Source: an uncultured Candidatus Saccharibacteria bacterium
GTDB lineage: Bacteria; Patescibacteriota; Minisyncoccia; Minisyncoccales; CAYZYK01
Length of the DNA stretch: 64,000 bases
Assembly (NCBI GenBank): GCA_964507665.1
Contig: CAZDPT010000001.1
Location: 33,912 to 97,911 of the forward strand
Direction: 5' to 3'
In this document: positions 27,296-37,734 of the stretch, piece after piece
Layout of the letters: each line of letters begins with the position of its first letter
Numbering within the stretch: position 1 is the stretch's first letter
Made by a program: the position numbers and the translations under genes
Notes under the pieces: model-generated
The model's input: only the letters and a program-made list of their open reading frames with translations
Databases searched by the model: none
Told to the model about the DNA's origin: nothing

Positions 27296-28366
27296 ATGAT
27301 TTTCAATCCTTTCAGTTTTCTTTTTCCTAAAAAATTTGTTGGGGTAGACGTTGGTACTTCTGCAATAAAACTTGTGGAAATTTCTCGCTGGGGGAAAGGA
27401 ACTACCCTAGAGAATTACGGGGAAATAAAATCTGGAGCATTATTTGAAGAATCATTCCAAACTTTTGAGACAGCCACTCATTTAATTTCAGAAGAATTTG
27501 TTGGAAGAGCTATTAAGGCTATTTTAAAAGAAGCTAAAATTAGAACTAAATCAGCTATCTTTAGTCTTCCTGATTTTTCTACTTTTGTTACTACTTTTGA
27601 GTTACCTCCGATGACTGAAAAAGAGATTCCAGAAGCAGTTCATTATACAGCTCCAAGATACACTCCTCTTCCTATAAAAGAAACTACTCTCGATTGGCAT
27701 TTAATTGGAGGTACTCCCGGTGACAAAAAATCTCATCTTAAAATATTGTTGATTGCTATTCCAAAAGAAGTGGTAGAGAAATATCAAGAAACAGCTAAAA
27801 GAGCAGGATTACAACTTTATGCTCTGGAAGCAGAAGTTCTAGCTATAAATAGGGCTTTGGTGAAAAACGAAAAAAAAGTAATTTGTCTTGTAGAGATCGG
27901 TGCTCAGAGTTCAACTATAAGTATTGTAGATAAAGGAATCTTTAAAAAAAGTTATAGCTCTGATTTTTCCAGCAATCGATTAACTCACAGTATAAGTGCT
28001 TCTTTAGATATGGAGTATTCGGAGGCTGAGAAAACGAAAACAAAACATGGTTTAATTTCTTCCCAAGAAATAGATCTCAGGGACAGTTTAGTTCTTTTAA
28101 TTAACCCATTCTTGGAGGAGATTAAAAAAATTTCAGATGAATTTTCTAGAAAAAATGAGAAACCAGTAGAAGAAATCTATTTATCAGGAGGAGGAGCTAA
28201 TTTACCAGGATTAAAAAAATATATTCAAAAAGAAACAGGCAAGAAAACTAAGATACCTAACTGTTTTTCTGGAATTCTTTCTCCCCCCATTCTTGATAAA
28301 ACCCTGAAAGAAATAAGTCCTCGTTTTGCAGGGGCGGTTGGGGCAGTAATTGGTGAACTTTGGTAA
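27296..28366 (+). CDS. pilM: type IV pilus assembly protein PilM (actin-like ATPase)
   Basis: N-terminal FVGVDVGTSAIKLVEI, ASKHA fold pattern, 356 aa, first gene of the pil operon. Confidence 0.8.
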   Translation: MIFNPFSFLFPKKFVGVDVGTSAIKLVEISRWGKGTTLENYGEIKSGALFEESFQTFETATHLISEEFVGRAIKAILKEAKIRTKSAIFSLPDFSTFVTTFELPPMTEKEIPEAVHYTAPRYTPLPIKETTLDWHLIGGTPGDKKSHLKILLIAIPKEVVEKYQETAKRAGLQLYALEAEVLAINRALVKNEKKVICLVEIGAQSSTISIVDKGIFKKSYSSDFSSNRLTHSISASLDMEYSEAEKTKTKHGLISSQEIDLRDSLVLLINPFLEEIKKISDEFSRKNEKPVEEIYLSGGGANLPGLKKYIQKETGKKTKIPNCFSGILSPPILDKTLKEISPRFAGAVGAVIGELW

Positions 28367-28422
28367 TTGGATATTTAATTTAGATATTATATAATAAATT
28401 AACTAGATTAAATTTTATAATT

Positions 28423-28968
28423 ATGGCTCTAAATTTTGATTTTCTTTACGGACTTAAAACAGGAAAGACTTGGTGGTTAGATGTGCTACTTTACTTTGTT
28501 TTGTCTTTATTGGTAGCTTTAATTATTTCCTATATCCTTTTTGGATTGAAAATATCTTTTCAAAAAGACCACCTTCAGGAATTAGAACAAGATATTACTA
28601 AGACAGGTACCCGGCAACAAAAAGAAGTAGAGAAAAAAGTTTTTTTGTATCAAAAGAAATTAAATGATTTTGTGGGGATATTTGAGGAACATAAGGTACC
28701 CTCAAACCTGTTTGCTTTAATTGAAGATTCAACTCTTCCTAATGTTTGGTTTACAAGCTTTATTTTAAGTACCTCAAACAATACTTTAAATTTAAGAGGA
28801 GAAACAGATGATTTTCAAACTTTAGCCCGACAAATCTCTATATTTGAAGAGAACAAACTTATCTCAGAAGTAAATCTGTTGGGAAGTTCTTTGATGGGAC
28901 AAGCAAAAATTGATTTTACTTTAGGTTTTTCTTTTAATGGAAAATTATTGAAACCATTCAGTAACTAA
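28423..28968 (+). CDS. PilN-like bitopic pilus assembly protein
   Basis: Single N-terminal TM plus periplasmic-type domain, positioned after pilM. Confidence 0.5.
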   Translation: MALNFDFLYGLKTGKTWWLDVLLYFVLSLLVALIISYILFGLKISFQKDHLQELEQDITKTGTRQQKEVEKKVFLYQKKLNDFVGIFEEHKVPSNLFALIEDSTLPNVWFTSFILSTSNNTLNLRGETDDFQTLARQISIFEENKLISEVNLLGSSLMGQAKIDFTLGFSFNGKLLKPFSN

Positions 28969-28988
28969 AAAAATATTTTATTAATAAA

Positions 28989-29537
28989 ATGAAATTAAAT
29001 CGTCCCGTCACAATAGGTCTTATCTTGATTATTATTATAATTGTAGGTTTTTATTTTGTTTTACCCAAATACAAAGAGGTTAAAAAATTCCAAGTTAAGG
29101 TTGCTGAAAAAGAAGCTGAATTAAAAGCAAAAGAAGAATATTTTAGAAAATTATCTGAAACCTTACAAAAGCTAACTGAACATGAAGAAAATGTAAAAAA
29201 GATTAATACTGCTCTTCCAGAGAAAGTTTCTCTTCCTCCTTTAATTTATTTTATTCAAGATAAGACTCTTGAAAATGGTCTAATTTTGGGAGATTTAAAT
29301 CTTCAAGGAACTTCTTCTTTAGAAAAAAAGACAGGCCTTAAGCAGACCAGTTTCTCCCTTGGAGTTACAGGTTCTTATTCTGCTTTCCGTAACTTTATTT
29401 CAAGTTTGGAAAAATCGTCTCGGCTTATCGAAATAAGTGATGTTTCATTTGGTGCTCTTCGGAAGAGAACCAGAGAAGAGGAATCTCCTCTAAAAATCTA
29501 TCAGTTTAATTTAGGAATAAAAGTTTATTCTTATTAA
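28989..29537 (+). CDS. PilO-like bitopic pilus assembly protein
   Basis: N-terminal TM, coiled-coil (EAELKAKEEYFRKLSETLQKL), then a globular domain. Position after pilN. Confidence 0.5.
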   Translation: MKLNRPVTIGLILIIIIIVGFYFVLPKYKEVKKFQVKVAEKEAELKAKEEYFRKLSETLQKLTEHEENVKKINTALPEKVSLPPLIYFIQDKTLENGLILGDLNLQGTSSLEKKTGLKQTSFSLGVTGSYSAFRNFISSLEKSSRLIEISDVSFGALRKRTREEESPLKIYQFNLGIKVYSY

Positions 29538-29541
29538 TTTC

Positions 29542-29961
29542 ATGGCTATTGTATTTATATCACCAAGAAAACCTCAAATAATATTAATTTCTGCTGCTGT
29601 GGGAGTGGTTTCTCTAGGATTGATTATTACGCTGTTGATAGTTTTTCTAAGTAAACCAGAACCTATTGCTCCCGAAGAGGTGTTCAAACCAAAAGAGGTT
29701 AAAATAGATTTTACTATTCTAAGATCTCCTCAATTAGAAAAACTTGAACTTTTTCCTGATAAAGTTAAGAAAGAATTTGTCTATGAGGCAAAGACCGAAG
29801 AGGGAGAAAAGAAAACAGGTAAAATCTTGGCGTTTTCTGAGCAAGAAGGGAGAGGAGTTTTAAGTGAGGCAGGATTATCTGATATTGAAATAGAAAGGAT
29901 TAAAATTGGTAGGAGAAACCCTTTTACTCCTTTTCAAGTTACAGAAGCAGAAGAGGATTAA
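29542..29961 (+). CDS. membrane-anchored hypothetical protein in PilP-like position (C-terminal RRNPFTPF)
   Basis: N-terminal TM, 139 aa. Position between pilO and pilB. Confidence 0.35.
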   Translation: MAIVFISPRKPQIILISAAVGVVSLGLIITLLIVFLSKPEPIAPEEVFKPKEVKIDFTILRSPQLEKLELFPDKVKKEFVYEAKTEEGEKKTGKILAFSEQEGRGVLSEAGLSDIEIERIKIGRRNPFTPFQVTEAEED

Positions 29962-29966
29962 AAATT

Positions 29967-31691
29967 ATGGAAGGTTTAATAAAACAACTATATAAGGAGG
30001 GAGTAATAGATAAATCCAAAAGAAAAAGTTTAGGATTAGAGAAAAAAAGAACAGGAAAAAAAGAAGAACAAATAATCTTAGAAAAAAAAGTTGTTCCGGA
30101 AGATTTTTTATTTAAATTAAAAAGTAAACTATTAAAGATTTCCTTAAGAGATATTGTTCCCGAGGAGATACCATTAGAAGTTTTGGAATTAATTCCGGAA
30201 AGTTCTGCTTTAAGTTACAAAATGATACCCTTATCTAAAAAAGATAGTACAGTGGAGATAGGAATGGTTTATCCTGAAGATGCTCGTCCCAAAGAAGCTT
30301 TAAGGTTTATTGCCAGACAAGGAAAGTTTGACTACAAGATTTATTTAATCACTCTAACTGATTTTCAAGATCTTATCGGGCAATACAGAACCTTAAAAAG
30401 AGAAACGAAGAGAGCCCTGGAGGCTATGGAAGAGGAAGAAATCAGCATTCCATCTCCTGAGAGAAAACTCCCGGAAACTGAAAAGATAACTGAAGAAACC
30501 CCAATTGTTAAGATGGTTTCTGTGATTATAAAACATGCTGTTGAAGGTAAGGCTTCTGATATTCATATTGAACCTACAGCAGAAAAAGTAAAAGTCCGTT
30601 TTCGATTAGATGGAATTTTGTATTCTAGTTTGTTTTTACCCAGAAGAGTTCATTCAGCAATCGTAGCTAGGATTAAAGTTTTAGCTAAACTAAAAATTGA
30701 TGAAACAAGAATTCCTCAAGATGGTAGGTTCACTACCGAAGTTAAAGATAAAAAAATTGATTTTAGGGTCTCTACTTTCCCAACCATTTTAGGGGAGAAG
30801 GTAGTAATAAGGGTACTTGATCCTACTGAGGGACTGAAATCTTATAAAGAGATAGGTTTGGAGAAAAGGAATCTTGAGTTGGTTGAAAAAGCAGCAAAAG
30901 ACCCATTTGGATTGATTTTGGCAACAGGTCCTACCGGTTGTGGAAAAACTACTACCCTTTATTCTCTTTTACGCCTTTTAAATAAAGAGAAAGTAAATAT
31001 TGTAACCATTGAGGACCCAGTAGAATATTCTATTGAGGGAGTTAATCAGTCTCAGGTTAAACCAGAGATAAATTATACTTTTGCCAGAGGCTTGCGTCAT
31101 GTTTTAAGACAAGACCCCGATGTTATTATGGTAGGGGAAATTAGAGATGAGGAAACAGCCCAGTTAGTAATACACGCTGCCTTAACAGGGCATGTGGTGT
31201 TTTCAACCTTACACACTAACAATGCTGTAGGAGTTATTCCCAGGTTAGTTGATATGGGAATAAGATCATTTTTACTTCCCCATAGTCTGAATATTGCTAT
31301 TTCTCAAAGATTAGTAAGATCTCTCTGTCCTGATTGTAAAAAGAAAGTAAGAGCTGATAAAGAAACAAAAGAATATATTCTAGATCAGATTGATAAATTC
31401 CCCCCAGAAGTAAAAAAGAAAGTAAAAATTCCTAAAACACTTTATATCTATGAACCCCAGGGATGTGAGAAATGTAATTTTAAAGGTTACATCGGAAGAA
31501 TAGGTGTGTTTGAGGTTTTTAAAATGACAGATAAAATGGCTGATTTAATCTCAGAGGGAATAAACACAGATAAAATTCGCAAAGAAGCTTATCGTCAAGG
31601 TATGATTACTATGGCTCAAGATGGAGTCTTAAAGGTCTTGGATGGTGAAACTACTGTAGAGGAAGTGCTAAGATTAGTTCAAACTAGGTAA
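29967..31691 (+). CDS. pilB: type IV pilus assembly ATPase PilB (GspE family)
   Basis: Walker A GPTGCGKTT, Asp box, His box, tetracysteine CPDC...CEKC, N-terminal GspII-like domain. 574 aa. Confidence 0.88.
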   Translation: MEGLIKQLYKEGVIDKSKRKSLGLEKKRTGKKEEQIILEKKVVPEDFLFKLKSKLLKISLRDIVPEEIPLEVLELIPESSALSYKMIPLSKKDSTVEIGMVYPEDARPKEALRFIARQGKFDYKIYLITLTDFQDLIGQYRTLKRETKRALEAMEEEEISIPSPERKLPETEKITEETPIVKMVSVIIKHAVEGKASDIHIEPTAEKVKVRFRLDGILYSSLFLPRRVHSAIVARIKVLAKLKIDETRIPQDGRFTTEVKDKKIDFRVSTFPTILGEKVVIRVLDPTEGLKSYKEIGLEKRNLELVEKAAKDPFGLILATGPTGCGKTTTLYSLLRLLNKEKVNIVTIEDPVEYSIEGVNQSQVKPEINYTFARGLRHVLRQDPDVIMVGEIRDEETAQLVIHAALTGHVVFSTLHTNNAVGVIPRLVDMGIRSFLLPHSLNIAISQRLVRSLCPDCKKKVRADKETKEYILDQIDKFPPEVKKKVKIPKTLYIYEPQGCEKCNFKGYIGRIGVFEVFKMTDKMADLISEGINTDKIRKEAYRQGMITMAQDGVLKVLDGETTVEEVLRLVQTR

Positions 31692-31755
31692 GGTTCTATC
31701 CATAGAAAAATAATAAATATTTCATAAAGGTCAAAAGAAAATTAATGTATAAAAT

Positions 31756-32127
31756 ATGAAATCAATTCTACTAGTTGAAGATGACCCCTTTTTAATAGAT
31801 ATATATGTTACTCGCCTAAGAGACGAGAGTTATAAGATTGAGGTAGCAAAAGATGGAAAAAGTGCCTTGGAAAAGCTTAAAAAGAAAAAACCTTCTCTCT
31901 TGTTGTTAGATATTGTTTTACCTAAGATGGATGGTTGGGAATTACTGAAAAAAATAGCAAAAGATTCTAAACTCAAAAAAATGAAGGTAATTATACTCTC
32001 TAATCTAGGAGAAAGAAAGGAAATAAAGGAAATAAAGAAAGGATTGGGTCTGGGAGCTGTCAAATATTTAGTTAAGGCAAATTATACTCCTAGTGAAGTT
32101 GTGGAGGAGATAAAAAAGATTCTTTAA
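31756..32127 (+). CDS. stand-alone response-regulator receiver domain (CheY-like)
   Basis: LLVEDDPF...DIVLPKMDGWELLKKI...KVIILSNLG: phospho-acceptor Asp and conserved Lys pattern. 123 aa. Confidence 0.75.
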   Translation: MKSILLVEDDPFLIDIYVTRLRDESYKIEVAKDGKSALEKLKKKKPSLLLLDIVLPKMDGWELLKKIAKDSKLKKMKVIILSNLGERKEIKEIKKGLGLGAVKYLVKANYTPSEVVEEIKKIL

Positions 32128-32166
32128 AAATAGTTATTATTAATTAATCTTTGAATTATTATATCC

Positions 32167-33231
32167 ATGAACTATTCTCTGAAACTTAAAAAACTGTTAT
32201 CTCAAGTTTTAAAAGAGAAAGCCTCCGATTTACATATTTCTGTTGGTCATCCTCCAACTTTAAGGATAACAGGTAGATTAACTCCTCTGGTAAAAGAGAA
32301 AGAAATTACCCAAAAGGACGCTCAAGGATTGGCTTCTGCTTTGATGACTGAAACTCAATGGCAGAAATTTCAGAAAGAAAAGGGGGTTGATTTCTCTTAT
32401 GACTTTGAAAAGAAAGCCAGATTCCGAGTAAATGTCTTTTTTCAAAGAGGGAATGTAAGTGTAGCTTTAAGATTAATTCCTTACAAAATTAGAACAATTG
32501 AAGAGTTAAATTTACCTCCTGTTTTACATGAATTTACTCGACGATCCCAGGGACTTGTTTTAATCACTGGAGCTTCAAGTCAAGGTAAATCTACTACCTT
32601 AGCTGCCTTAATTGATGAAATAAATGAAAACAGACCAGTTCATATAATAACCATTGAAGACCCTATTGAGTATGTTTTTCATGATAAACAAGCTATAGTG
32701 GATCAAAGAGAGGTTTATCATGATACTTTAAGTTTTAATAAAGCTCTCAGATCTACCTTCCGTCAAGACCCCGACGTTATTATGGTAGGGGAGATAAGAG
32801 ATCTTGAGACAATCTCTAGTGTTATTACCGCAGCAGAAACGGGTCATTTAGTTTTTGCTACCTTACATACTAATTCTGCCTCCCAAACTATTCATCGAGT
32901 TGTTGATGTTTTTCCACCAGAGCAACAGAACCAGATTAGGTATCAATTATCTGGTTCTTTATTGGGGGTAGCGTCACAAAGATTAATTCCTTCAATTAAA
33001 GGAGGATTTGTTCCTGCTTGTGAGATTATGTTCGCTAATTCAGCTGTGGCAACTCTGATTCGGGAGAACAAAATTCATGAACTTCCTGCTGTGATTGAAA
33101 CTTCAGCTAAAGAGGGTATGGTCTCTCTAAACAGAGCTTTGGCAGATTTAGTTAGAAGGAAAGAAATTTCTGTTAAAAATGCCATTAGTCATTCTTTAAA
33201 GCCCGGTGATCTTAGAAACATTTTAGGGTAA
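32167..33231 (+). CDS. pilT: twitching-motility/retraction ATPase PilT
   Basis: 354 aa PilT-size hexameric ATPase. Walker A GASSQGKSTT, IITIEDPIEY, RQDPDVIMVGEIRD. Confidence 0.85.
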   Translation: MNYSLKLKKLLSQVLKEKASDLHISVGHPPTLRITGRLTPLVKEKEITQKDAQGLASALMTETQWQKFQKEKGVDFSYDFEKKARFRVNVFFQRGNVSVALRLIPYKIRTIEELNLPPVLHEFTRRSQGLVLITGASSQGKSTTLAALIDEINENRPVHIITIEDPIEYVFHDKQAIVDQREVYHDTLSFNKALRSTFRQDPDVIMVGEIRDLETISSVITAAETGHLVFATLHTNSASQTIHRVVDVFPPEQQNQIRYQLSGSLLGVASQRLIPSIKGGFVPACEIMFANSAVATLIRENKIHELPAVIETSAKEGMVSLNRALADLVRRKEISVKNAISHSLKPGDLRNILG

Positions 33232-33261
33232 AAGAAAACAAATCTTTAATAACCAAAAGAT

Positions 33262-34476
33262 ATGAAATTTGCTTACCAGGCTAGAGATAAAGAAGGAAAG
33301 ATAAAAACAGGAGAAATAGAGGCCTCTTCGGGGGAGGCAGCTACAGAAATTCTAAGGAAGAAAAACCTATATCTTACCTCTTTAAAAGAAATTAAAAGTG
33401 GTTTTTTTTCTTTTGAGGGTATAAAATCAAAGATTTTTAAGAGAGTTTCTAAAAAAGATATTGCTATATTTTCTCATCAATTGGCGGTGATGCTTGATTC
33501 TCGAATTCCAATTGTTGAAAGTTTATTAAGTTTGTCTGTTCAAACTGAAAATCCTAGCTTTAAAGAAAAGATATTGAAGGTTAGTGAAGCAATAGAAGGG
33601 GGTAGCTCTATGTCAGAGGCTTTTTCTATGTATCCTGAACTTTTTGACGAATTCTATATTAATCTTTTAAAATCTGGAGAAACAGCAGGAAAAATTTCAG
33701 AATCTTTGTTCTATTTAAGCGAGCACCTGGAAAGAGAATATAATATTAGAAGCGATATTAAGAAAGCAATGGCTTATCCAGTGTTGGTTTTGTTAGTTTT
33801 TATAGTATCTATCACCATTATAATAGTTTTTGTTATTCCCCCTTTTAGTGAAATTTTAAGCGAAGCAGGTGGGGAACTTCCTTTCACTACTAAATTAATG
33901 TTGGGTTTCTATAGTTTTCTGACTAATTTTTGGTGGGCTTTAATACTTATTTTTGGAGGATTGATTGGTTTTTTAATCTACTATTTCAGAACAGAACAAG
34001 GCAAAAAAATTTATGATAGAATTTCTGTAAGAACTCCCTTCTTGGGTGACTTTTTTCAGAAAATTTTTATGACTCGATTTGTTGAGAATCTTTCCACTCT
34101 TATTGAGTCAGGTGTTTCTGTGACTCGAGCCTTAAGAATTAGTAAAAATTTGATAGGAAATACTGTTTATGAGGAAATTCTCCAAGAAGCAGAACAGAAA
34201 GTAGCCAGGGGAGAGCAGATAAGTTATGTTTTAGTTAAATATCCTGATGTGATTCCAGCCTTTGTTACTCAAATGGTAAAGGTTGGGGAAAGTACAGGAA
34301 AGTTAGAAAAAAGTTTAAGTGAAGTAGTTAAATTTTATCAAAAAGAAATAGAACGAACCACAGAAACTTTTATGACTCTTATTGAACCAATTCTTATAAT
34401 TTTCTTAGGGGGAATAGTGGCTTTGTTGGCAATTTCTGTTTTTATGCCACTTTATGGTATGGTTGGTAATATATAA
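33262..34476 (+). CDS. pilC: type IV pilus platform protein PilC (GspF family)
   Basis: Two GspF repeats, three TM helices, 404 aa. Confidence 0.85.
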   Translation: MKFAYQARDKEGKIKTGEIEASSGEAATEILRKKNLYLTSLKEIKSGFFSFEGIKSKIFKRVSKKDIAIFSHQLAVMLDSRIPIVESLLSLSVQTENPSFKEKILKVSEAIEGGSSMSEAFSMYPELFDEFYINLLKSGETAGKISESLFYLSEHLEREYNIRSDIKKAMAYPVLVLLVFIVSITIIIVFVIPPFSEILSEAGGELPFTTKLMLGFYSFLTNFWWALILIFGGLIGFLIYYFRTEQGKKIYDRISVRTPFLGDFFQKIFMTRFVENLSTLIESGVSVTRALRISKNLIGNTVYEEILQEAEQKVARGEQISYVLVKYPDVIPAFVTQMVKVGESTGKLEKSLSEVVKFYQKEIERTTETFMTLIEPILIIFLGGIVALLAISVFMPLYGMVGNI

Positions 34477-34589
34477 ATAGTTATCCACATTATATTGTTG
34501 ATTTGTTTCAGGGAGATGTAGTATAATTACTTAATAAACCCGTTAATTTTTAAAAGGTCGGCTATGAAATCTTTAAAATTAAATAAAAA

Positions 34590-35036
34590 ATGAAAATTTT
34601 TAAAAAGAAATCTCGAGGTTTTACTTTAATTGAACTTTTGGTAGTAATTGCTATTATTGGAATTTTAGCTGGGATTGTTTTAGTTAATGTTAGAAGTGCC
34701 AGAAATAAAGCAAAGGATGGAGCTATTAAAGCTGATATGAGTGCTTTAGCAGCAACAGCTGAGATATATTATGATAGTAATAATTATAGCTATAATCTTT
34801 TTTGTGATGATACAGAAACACTCAGAATAGAGGATGCAATTGTTAAATTAATTCCAGCAGATGGAGTAACCGGTTGTGGAGATTACTCTGATACTTGGTA
34901 TTTTTGTGCTACATTGAACGAAGGTAGTAACTGGTGTACAGACAATACCGGGCAAGCAATAAAAACAGGACAGTGTGATGATGAAGGTGCTTTTTCGGGA
35001 GACAACTTAACCTGCAGCGATCTAAGTCCTCTCTAA
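34590..35036 (+). CDS. type IV (major) pilin with class III prepilin signal
   Basis: [10 protein letters not shown]|[20 protein letters not shown] (G-1, E+5). Cys-containing C-terminal region. Followed by a strong terminator. Confidence 0.85.
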   Translation: MKIFKKKSRGFTLIELLVVIAIIGILAGIVLVNVRSARNKAKDGAIKADMSALAATAEIYYDSNNYSYNLFCDDTETLRIEDAIVKLIPADGVTGCGDYSDTWYFCATLNEGSNWCTDNTGQAIKTGQCDDEGAFSGDNLTCSDLSPL

Positions 35037-35068
35037 AAATTAATGTTAAAAGGGAGTTTGGCTTTTGG

Positions 35069-35097
35069 AAACCCCGCCTGGGGCGGGGTTTTGTTTT
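35069..35097 (+). terminator. GC-rich intrinsic terminator after the major pilin gene (ccccgcc tgg ggcgggg followed by ttttgtttt)
   Basis: 7-bp G/C stem, 3-nt loop, U-tract. Confidence 0.75.
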
Positions 35098-35125
35098 AGA
35101 GAAGAAGATATATTAAAATAGAAAA

Positions 35126-35947
35126 ATGACAACTCTTTTTTCAATAATTATTTTCATATTAGGAACTTCGGTGGGAAGTTTTTTGAATTGTATTATTTAC
35201 CGCCTTCCCAAAGAAAAATCTTTCTTGAAAGGTAGATCTTATTGTCCTCGTTGTTCTCATAAATTGGCCTGGTATGATTTAATTCCAATTTTAAGTTTTT
35301 TAATTCAGAGAGGTAAATGCAGATATTGTAATAAAAGAATTTCTCTCCAATATCCTTTAGTTGAATTAATTACAGGAGTTTTGTTTGTCTTGATTTTTAA
35401 TTTTTCTTTCCAGGATAGTTTTCAACAAGGAAAACAACTATTGGATTTCAGCTTCCATAACCTTACATATTTTATTTATCTTCTAATAATCAGTTCTTTT
35501 TTAGTAATAATTTTTGTGTCTGATTTAAAAAGATTTATTATTCCAGATAAGATTATTTATCCTGCTTGCTTGTCGGCTCTTATTTTTAATTCTTATTCAG
35601 GATTTATTCAGGGTAAGTTTGATATTTTGAAACAGAGTCTATTGAGTGCTGTCTTGACCTCTTTTCTCTTCTTTCTCTTATTTCTATTTTCTCGAGGAAA
35701 ATGGTTGGGGTTCGGAGATGTTAAATTGGTTTTTTTTATGGGTCTTTTTTTGGGTTATCCTGAGATTCTAGCGGCTTTGTTTTTTTCCTTTTTTATTGGT
35801 GGTATAATAGGATTAGGGTTGATGATTTTTGGGAAAGCAGGATTAAAAACTGAGATTCCATTTGGTCCATTTTTAATAATAGGAACACTTATTGGTTTGT
35901 TTGAAGGGCAACATTTTATTAATTGGTATATTTCTTTAGTTTTTTAA
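35126..35947 (+). CDS. pilD: prepilin peptidase PilD (A24 family, with N-terminal zinc-binding/methyltransferase region)
   Basis: CPRCSH...CRYCNKRIS tetracysteine. Catalytic Asp motifs DLKRFIIPD and GFGDVKL. Polytopic, 273 aa. Confidence 0.85.
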   Translation: MTTLFSIIIFILGTSVGSFLNCIIYRLPKEKSFLKGRSYCPRCSHKLAWYDLIPILSFLIQRGKCRYCNKRISLQYPLVELITGVLFVLIFNFSFQDSFQQGKQLLDFSFHNLTYFIYLLIISSFLVIIFVSDLKRFIIPDKIIYPACLSALIFNSYSGFIQGKFDILKQSLLSAVLTSFLFFLLFLFSRGKWLGFGDVKLVFFMGLFLGYPEILAALFFSFFIGGIIGLGLMIFGKAGLKTEIPFGPFLIIGTLIGLFEGQHFINWYISLVF

Positions 35948-35978
35948 TAATTTTCTTCTTTAATTTTCTCAATTAATT

Positions 35979-36569
35979 GTGTTTTATAAAAGTAAAGAAA
36001 GAGGTTTTACTCTAATTGAGTTTTTAGCCGTACTCTTTATTATAAGTTTATTATCAGGAATTTTAATGATTAGTTTTTCTAAGGTTAAGAAAGAAAAAGC
36101 CCTTCAAATGTCAGCCCAGAGATTACTTCAGGATTTAAGGAGAATTCAAGAAAAAGCTCTCTCTCCCACAGGGCAGAGAACAGAACTTTGTGATTCTCCA
36201 AATCCTCCCCAAGATGAAATTGAAGGATTAATAGTTGGGGCTTATTTTAATCAGAATAATCCTGAATCCTATATTTTATTTGTAGATTGTGATTCAGAAG
36301 GTGCCCCTGGTCGCTACAGATACAACGAGGACAGAGATAAAGAACTAGTTCCAATTGGATTTGAGAAAAATGTAAAAATTAAGAACTTATTTCCTACTGA
36401 TTCCAACAGTGACTTGGATATTGTTTTTGTTCCTCCTGCTCCCGACCTTTATATCAATGGTGATTTAGCTGAAAATGGAGTTGAAATTCAAATTTGTTTG
36501 AAAAATAATTGCTCTAGTTCTTTTGAAACAATTAGGATTAATAAAAGTGGTCTTGTGGAATTAGAATAA
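35979..36569 (+). CDS. minor pilin / pseudopilin with prepilin N-terminus
   Basis: KERG|FTLIEFLAVLFIISLLSGIL. Confidence 0.7.
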   Translation: MFYKSKERGFTLIEFLAVLFIISLLSGILMISFSKVKKEKALQMSAQRLLQDLRRIQEKALSPTGQRTELCDSPNPPQDEIEGLIVGAYFNQNNPESYILFVDCDSEGAPGRYRYNEDRDKELVPIGFEKNVKIKNLFPTDSNSDLDIVFVPPAPDLYINGDLAENGVEIQICLKNNCSSSFETIRINKSGLVELE

Positions 36570-36582
36570 TTCTCTAGTAATT

Positions 36583-37122
36583 ATGTCTCATTACAGTATT
36601 AATTTTCAAAAAGGTTTTACTTTAACTGAAGTTATAATGGCTATTTCTGTTTTAATGATTGGAGTTGTCGGTGTTTATATTGTTTTCGGAAGTGCTGTTT
36701 CTTCCCTGCCCTATATTTCTTCCAGAATAACTGCTGCTTATTTAGCCCAGGAAGGAGTTGAAATAATAAGAAATATTAGGGATTCAAATTGGATTGAAAA
36801 TGAAAATAAATCCAGTGTTACTGTTGCCTGGGATGATGGTTTAAATGAAGGAGAATGGCAGGCTGATTATAATGATAATCAGCTAAGGGAATGTTTCTCT
36901 CCATGTAGTTATAATTCTGACAATCTTTTTTTTCTTAGAACAGAAGATAACAAATTCTACAATTATGATTTAGGAGATAATACTCCTTATAAAAGAAAAA
37001 TTATTATTGAAAAAGACCCCAGTCAACCAGATATGTTGAAAGTTAAAGTAATAGTTCAGTGGAAGATAAAAGGAAAACTTCAAGAAATTAAAGCAGAGGA
37101 TCATTTATATAATTGGTATTAA
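36583..37122 (+). CDS. minor pilin (PilV-like) with prepilin N-terminus
   Basis: FQKG|FTLTEVIMAISVLMIGVVGV. Confidence 0.7.
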   Translation: MSHYSINFQKGFTLTEVIMAISVLMIGVVGVYIVFGSAVSSLPYISSRITAAYLAQEGVEIIRNIRDSNWIENENKSSVTVAWDDGLNEGEWQADYNDNQLRECFSPCSYNSDNLFFLRTEDNKFYNYDLGDNTPYKRKIIIEKDPSQPDMLKVKVIVQWKIKGKLQEIKAEDHLYNWY

Positions 37123-37134
37123 CCCTCTTTTATT

Positions 37135-37734
37135 ATGTTTCAAAAAGGATTTACTGTAATTGAATTATTAACAGCGTTAGTTGTTTTTTCTTTGGTGGTT
37201 AGTTTCACGTCCATGATTTTTATCTCTGTGGTTGGACATCAAAGAGAAATCTTAGCCAAACAAGAAATTGTAAGTCAAGTGAATTATGCTACAGAGTATA
37301 TGAGCAGGGCTCTGAGGATGGCAAAAAAAGAACTTAACTGTACTGATTCTTCAGACCCTAATTCTTGTAGTTGTCTTAAAGAAAAAGGATATGGTTACAA
37401 TTATGAGATTCCTTCAGAATATCAAATAGGAGATGAAAGTATGGGGCGGGGAATAAGATTTATAAATCATTTACAAGATGATAAATGCCAGAAGTTTTTT
37501 CTTGAACAAGGACAGTTAAAACATAGAAGAGATGGCTCTGAGACAGTGCCTTTGACTTCAGATAAATTTGAAATAACTAACTTAAAATTTAAACTTTTTG
37601 GTGAGTCACAAGAAGATGACATCCAACCTAAAGTGGCAATTGTTTTGAAGATTAAATTAAAAGGAGATGAGGAGCAACCAAAATTAAAGATTCAAACTAC
37701 AATTTCTCAAAGGAATTTAGATATTGAATTATGA
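37135..37734 (+). CDS. minor pilin (PilW-like) with prepilin N-terminus
   Basis: MFQKG|FTVIELLTALVVFSLVV. Confidence 0.7.
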   Translation: MFQKGFTVIELLTALVVFSLVVSFTSMIFISVVGHQREILAKQEIVSQVNYATEYMSRALRMAKKELNCTDSSDPNSCSCLKEKGYGYNYEIPSEYQIGDESMGRGIRFINHLQDDKCQKFFLEQGQLKHRRDGSETVPLTSDKFEITNLKFKLFGESQEDDIQPKVAIVLKIKLKGDEEQPKLKIQTTISQRNLDIEL

